A stretch of DNA of 64,000 nt, taken from positions 558,001-622,000 of the forward strand of contig CDROCS010000506.1 in the NCBI GenBank assembly GCA_977020255.1, given 5' to 3'. The notes under the pieces are model-generated. The model did no database searches, was not told the DNA's origin, and worked only from the letters and a program-made list of their open reading frames with translations. The stretch is from Obrimoposthia wandeli (lineage: Eukaryota). This document shows positions 60,914 through 64,000 of the stretch, piece after piece. The position numbers were made by a program, and so were the translations under genes. Each line of letters opens with the position of its first letter. Position 1 is the first letter of the stretch.

Positions 60914-63027
60914 AAGATCCACTACTCCAGTCTTTAGTTTATGTAAGTCGTTATTATGGTCAGGCGAACTCCCCGGAAGCTTTGGTTTCCAATCTTCCCC
61001 TTGCGGACGGTCTTCTTACACCATTTCTTTTGCCTCGAGCAGCCGAAAAGGCTGGCTTACAAGCCAAAGAGAGTAAAATGGCTCTCAATGATATCTCTCC
61101 GTTATTATTTCCTATCATCATACTCTTGAAAGGAGGTGATGCATGTGTTGTTCTCAGTATTGAACATGAAAAAGGTGAAGCAGAAGTGGTACTCGCACAA
61201 TCAGATGCGAGCCAACAATGGGTAAGTCTTGATGATCTAAACCAGCAATATACAGGACATTTATTTTTAATGAAAAAACGCTTTCGATATGATGAGCGTT
61301 CTCCTGAAATATTAAAAAATCGCGATGGTCACTGGTTTTGGAGTACAATATGGGAATCTCGTAACATCTACCGCGATGTATTCATTGTTTCGATTTTAAT
61401 CAATATATTTGCTATTTCGACCCCCCTCTTCACTCGTCTTGTTTACGATAAAATAGTGCCTAATCTGGCCTTTGATTCTTTATGGGTACTGGCTATTGGT
61501 ATCTCCATTATTTTTGGCTTTGATTTAATACTAAAAATTATGCGCAGTTATTTTATCGACCTAGCAGGGAAAAAATCAGACCTATTAATATCAGCTAAGA
61601 TTTTTAGTCGAGTGATGGGGATTCGAATGGAAGTTAAGCCGCCGTCAGTGGGTGCTTTTGCTCGTCACATGCAAGAGTTTGAATCTATTAGAGAATTTTT
61701 CACCTCTGCCACAGTCTCATCATTGATTGATTTACCATTCGCATTGATATTTCTTGTTATTATTTGGTTTGTTGCTGGCCCTTTAGCCTATGTCCCATTG
61801 ATTGCAGTCATTATTTTAGTGATTTATAGCTTATTTATACAACGACCTTTGCGCCGTAGTATTGAAGAAGGATCGCGTCTTTCATCACAAAAAAATGCCA
61901 ACCTAATTGAAAGCTTAAGTGGTTTAGAAACTGTAAAACTATTCGGAGCACAAAATCAATTCCAGTACCGTTGGGAAGAAGCTGTTGCCCACATGGCTAA
62001 TTGGGGACTCAAATCTCGCCGCATTACAGATTCAGTGCAAAATGTCGCGGGATTTTTACAACAATTTTCCTCTGTAGCTATGATCGTATTTGGTGTCTAC
62101 CTCATTGCAGATGGCCAATTAAGCATGGGGGGACTTATTGCTGCCACTATGTTAAGTGGACGAGCGATTGGCCCTTTAGTGCAGCTCTCGTTGTTATCAA
62201 CGCGCTACAACCAGGCAAAATCAGCCATGACTATCATCGAGCAACTTATGCAGATGCCAACAGAGCAAGAAGACGGTAAACGTTATATTCACCGCCCTGT
62301 AATCAAAGGTAAAATTGTTTTTAATAAAGTTAGTTTTACTTACCCTAATGCAACTAATGCCGCACTTAAAGACGTTAGTTTCACAATTAACCCTGGAGAA
62401 AAGGTCGCTATCATTGGCCGTATTGGTTCAGGAAAAACGACTATTGAACGTTTGATTATGGGGTTATATCAGCCCATAGAGGGATCTGTTCAAATTGATG
62501 ATACCGACATCAAGCAACTTCATCATATTGATGTTCGCCGAAATATTGGTTGCGTTCCCCAAGATATCACTTTGTTCTTTGGCTCGATTCGAGACAACAT
62601 TATTCTGGGTCGCCCATTAACAACAGATCAAGATATTTTACTTGCAGCTGAACGCTCAGGGGTGACAAACTTTACCCAACAAGATGCTGCAGGTTTAGAG
62701 AAGCAAGTCGCTGAAGGCGGTGCTGCTCTTTCTGGTGGGCAACGCCAAGCGATTGCCATTGCACGTGCCCTAGTTGGAAAACCTCCAGTACTGTTAATGG
62801 ATGAACCAACAAGCAGCATGGATAACCGTTCAGAAATGTATATTAAGCACCAACTAAAAGCCTTATCTAAAGACGAAACTCTTATTCTCATTACTCATAA
62901 AAACAGCATGTTAGATGTTGTTGATCGTTTAATTGTGATGGAAAAAGGGCAGATCATTGCTGATGGCCCTAAGAGTCAGGTACTTAAACAATTAAGTGAA
63001 GGCAGCGTTACACGGGCAACAACTTAA
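60910..63027 (+). CDS. lapB: T1SS ABC transporter/permease (LapB-like, C39-like N-terminus)
   Basis: VYDKIVPN, GRIGSGKTT Walker A, LSGGQRQ, LLMDEPTSSMD; ATGA overlap with lapD. Confidence 0.93.
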   Translation: MKDPLLQSLVYVSRYYGQANSPEALVSNLPLADGLLTPFLLPRAAEKAGLQAKESKMALNDISPLLFPIIILLKGGDACVVLSIEHEKGEAEVVLAQSDASQQWVSLDDLNQQYTGHLFLMKKRFRYDERSPEILKNRDGHWFWSTIWESRNIYRDVFIVSILINIFAISTPLFTRLVYDKIVPNLAFDSLWVLAIGISIIFGFDLILKIMRSYFIDLAGKKSDLLISAKIFSRVMGIRMEVKPPSVGAFARHMQEFESIREFFTSATVSSLIDLPFALIFLVIIWFVAGPLAYVPLIAVIILVIYSLFIQRPLRRSIEEGSRLSSQKNANLIESLSGLETVKLFGAQNQFQYRWEEAVAHMANWGLKSRRITDSVQNVAGFLQQFSSVAMIVFGVYLIADGQLSMGGLIAATMLSGRAIGPLVQLSLLSTRYNQAKSAMTIIEQLMQMPTEQEDGKRYIHRPVIKGKIVFNKVSFTYPNATNAALKDVSFTINPGEKVAIIGRIGSGKTTIERLIMGLYQPIEGSVQIDDTDIKQLHHIDVRRNIGCVPQDITLFFGSIRDNIILGRPLTTDQDILLAAERSGVTNFTQQDAAGLEKQVAEGGAALSGGQRQAIAIARALVGKPPVLLMDEPTSSMDNRSEMYIKHQLKALSKDETLILITHKNSMLDVVDRLIVMEKGQIIADGPKSQVLKQLSEGSVTRATT

Positions 63028-63067
63028 CTTCAACATTGGATTTATCGAGAAGATTTGGACATAAAAA

Positions 63068-63102
63068 GACCCCCAATAATTGGTTTCCAACTATTGGGGG
63101 TC
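63068..63102. terminator. Terminator hairpin between convergent lapB and nadA
   Basis: GACCCCCAATA/TATTGGGGGTC stem with a T run on the minus strand. Confidence 0.8.
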
Positions 63103-63148
63103 AGTTAAAAATGCACTCAGGCTTGTTTCATTTTAACGTATTATACGT

Positions 63149-64000
63149 TTAGTTTGATACGTTAAAATTTAACATACGCTCTAATGGAATAAGTGCTTTT
63201 ACACGAATCTCTTCATCGACAAAGACTTCATGGCCATCATCATTAACTAATGACTCTTCAATCGCTTTAAGGCCATTCATGCCCATCCAAGGACACATAG
63301 CACAGCTACGACAACTCGCGCCATTACCGCCTGTTGGAGCCGCTATCATTTCTTTATCTGGACATGCTTGTTGCATCTTAAAGAAGATACCTTTATCCGT
63401 AGCAACAATCAGCTTTTGCTGTGGTAATTCTTTTGCCGCTTTAATCAGCTGGCTTGTCGAACCCACTGCATCTGCAAGATCAATCACATCCGCTGGTGAT
63501 TCAGGATGAACAAGCACCGCCGCTTCTGGGTTTTCTGCTTTTAAACGTTTTAACGCCGACGCTTTAAATTCATCATGTACGATACAAGCGCCCTGCCAGC
63601 GAACCATTTTCGCGCCAGTTTGCTTTTCAATCCAAGCGCCTAAGTGACGATCAGGACCCCAAATTAGTTTCTTACCTTCGCTATCTAGATGGTCAACAAC
63701 ATCCAATGCAATACTCGATGTTACAACCCAGTCAGCGCGTGCTTTAACGGCTGCAGATGTATTAGCATAAACAACAACGGTATGATCAGGGTGTGCATCA
63801 CAAAATGCTGAGAACTCTTTAACCGGACAACCAAGATCTAATGAACAAGTTGCATCTAACGCGGGCATGATAATACGTTTGCTTGGCGCTAAGATCTTTG
63901 CTGTTTCACCCATGAAGCGAACACCAGCAATGATGAGCGTTTTAGCTGGATGGTTATTACCAAAACGAGCCATTTCCAAAGAGTCAGCTACACAACCGCC
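63149..64000 (-). CDS. nadA: Quinolinate synthase A (5' end outside the window)
   Basis: [56 protein letters not shown]. Confidence 0.97.
   Translation of the reverse strand, partial: GGCVADSLEMARFGNNHPAKTLIIAGVRFMGETAKILAPSKRIIMPALDATCSLDLGCPVKEFSAFCDAHPDHTVVVYANTSAAVKARADWVVTSSIALDVVDHLDSEGKKLIWGPDRHLGAWIEKQTGAKMVRWQGACIVHDEFKASALKRLKAENPEAAVLVHPESPADVIDLADAVGSTSQLIKAAKELPQQKLIVATDKGIFFKMQQACPDKEMIAAPTGGNGASCRSCAMCPWMGMNGLKAIEESLVNDDGHEVFVDEEIRVKALIPLERMLNFNVSN

Noticed and set aside
30460-63027. Adhesin/T1SS block as a genomic island
   Set aside because: No integrase, tRNA or flanking direct repeats seen; composition shift cannot be quantified without computation

Overview
AT-rich gammaproteobacterial chromosome segment. 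Gene content and order look like a marine Vibrionales/Alteromonadales organism such as Moritella; this is an inference. Bases 1-30,400 are mostly housekeeping genes: dedD-folC-accD-truA-fimV/hubP-asd-pdxB-fabB, a nagZ/kinase/lipoprotein/hinT cluster, a QueD-like gene, btuCD, seqA, ybfF, ybfE, fldA, fur, glnS, rfaH, a POT transporter, yciB and comEA. This part also carries an inserted PhnD-like binding protein plus hybrid histidine kinase pair and an orphan PilE-like pilin. Bases 30,460-63,027 are a Lap-type adhesion locus. It has a ~24.5-kb RTX adhesin gene (~8,180 codons in one reading frame, broken by a single in-frame TAA in a scrambled repeat junction, with 13 near-identical ~909-bp repeats). 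Divergent from it is a HlyD-TolC-OmpA-LapD-ABC operon. Most notable: the locus has no lapG protease gene, and the LapD loop that normally docks LapG (GWxQ) reads GLIP, yet the adhesin keeps its TAAG cleavage motif. Other leads are a GGA-rich candidate Csr-type sRNA next to comEA and a 58-bp tandem duplication in the adhesin/T1SS promoter region. I found no tRNA, rRNA, CRISPR array, transposase or integrase. All calls come from motif reading without database searches.
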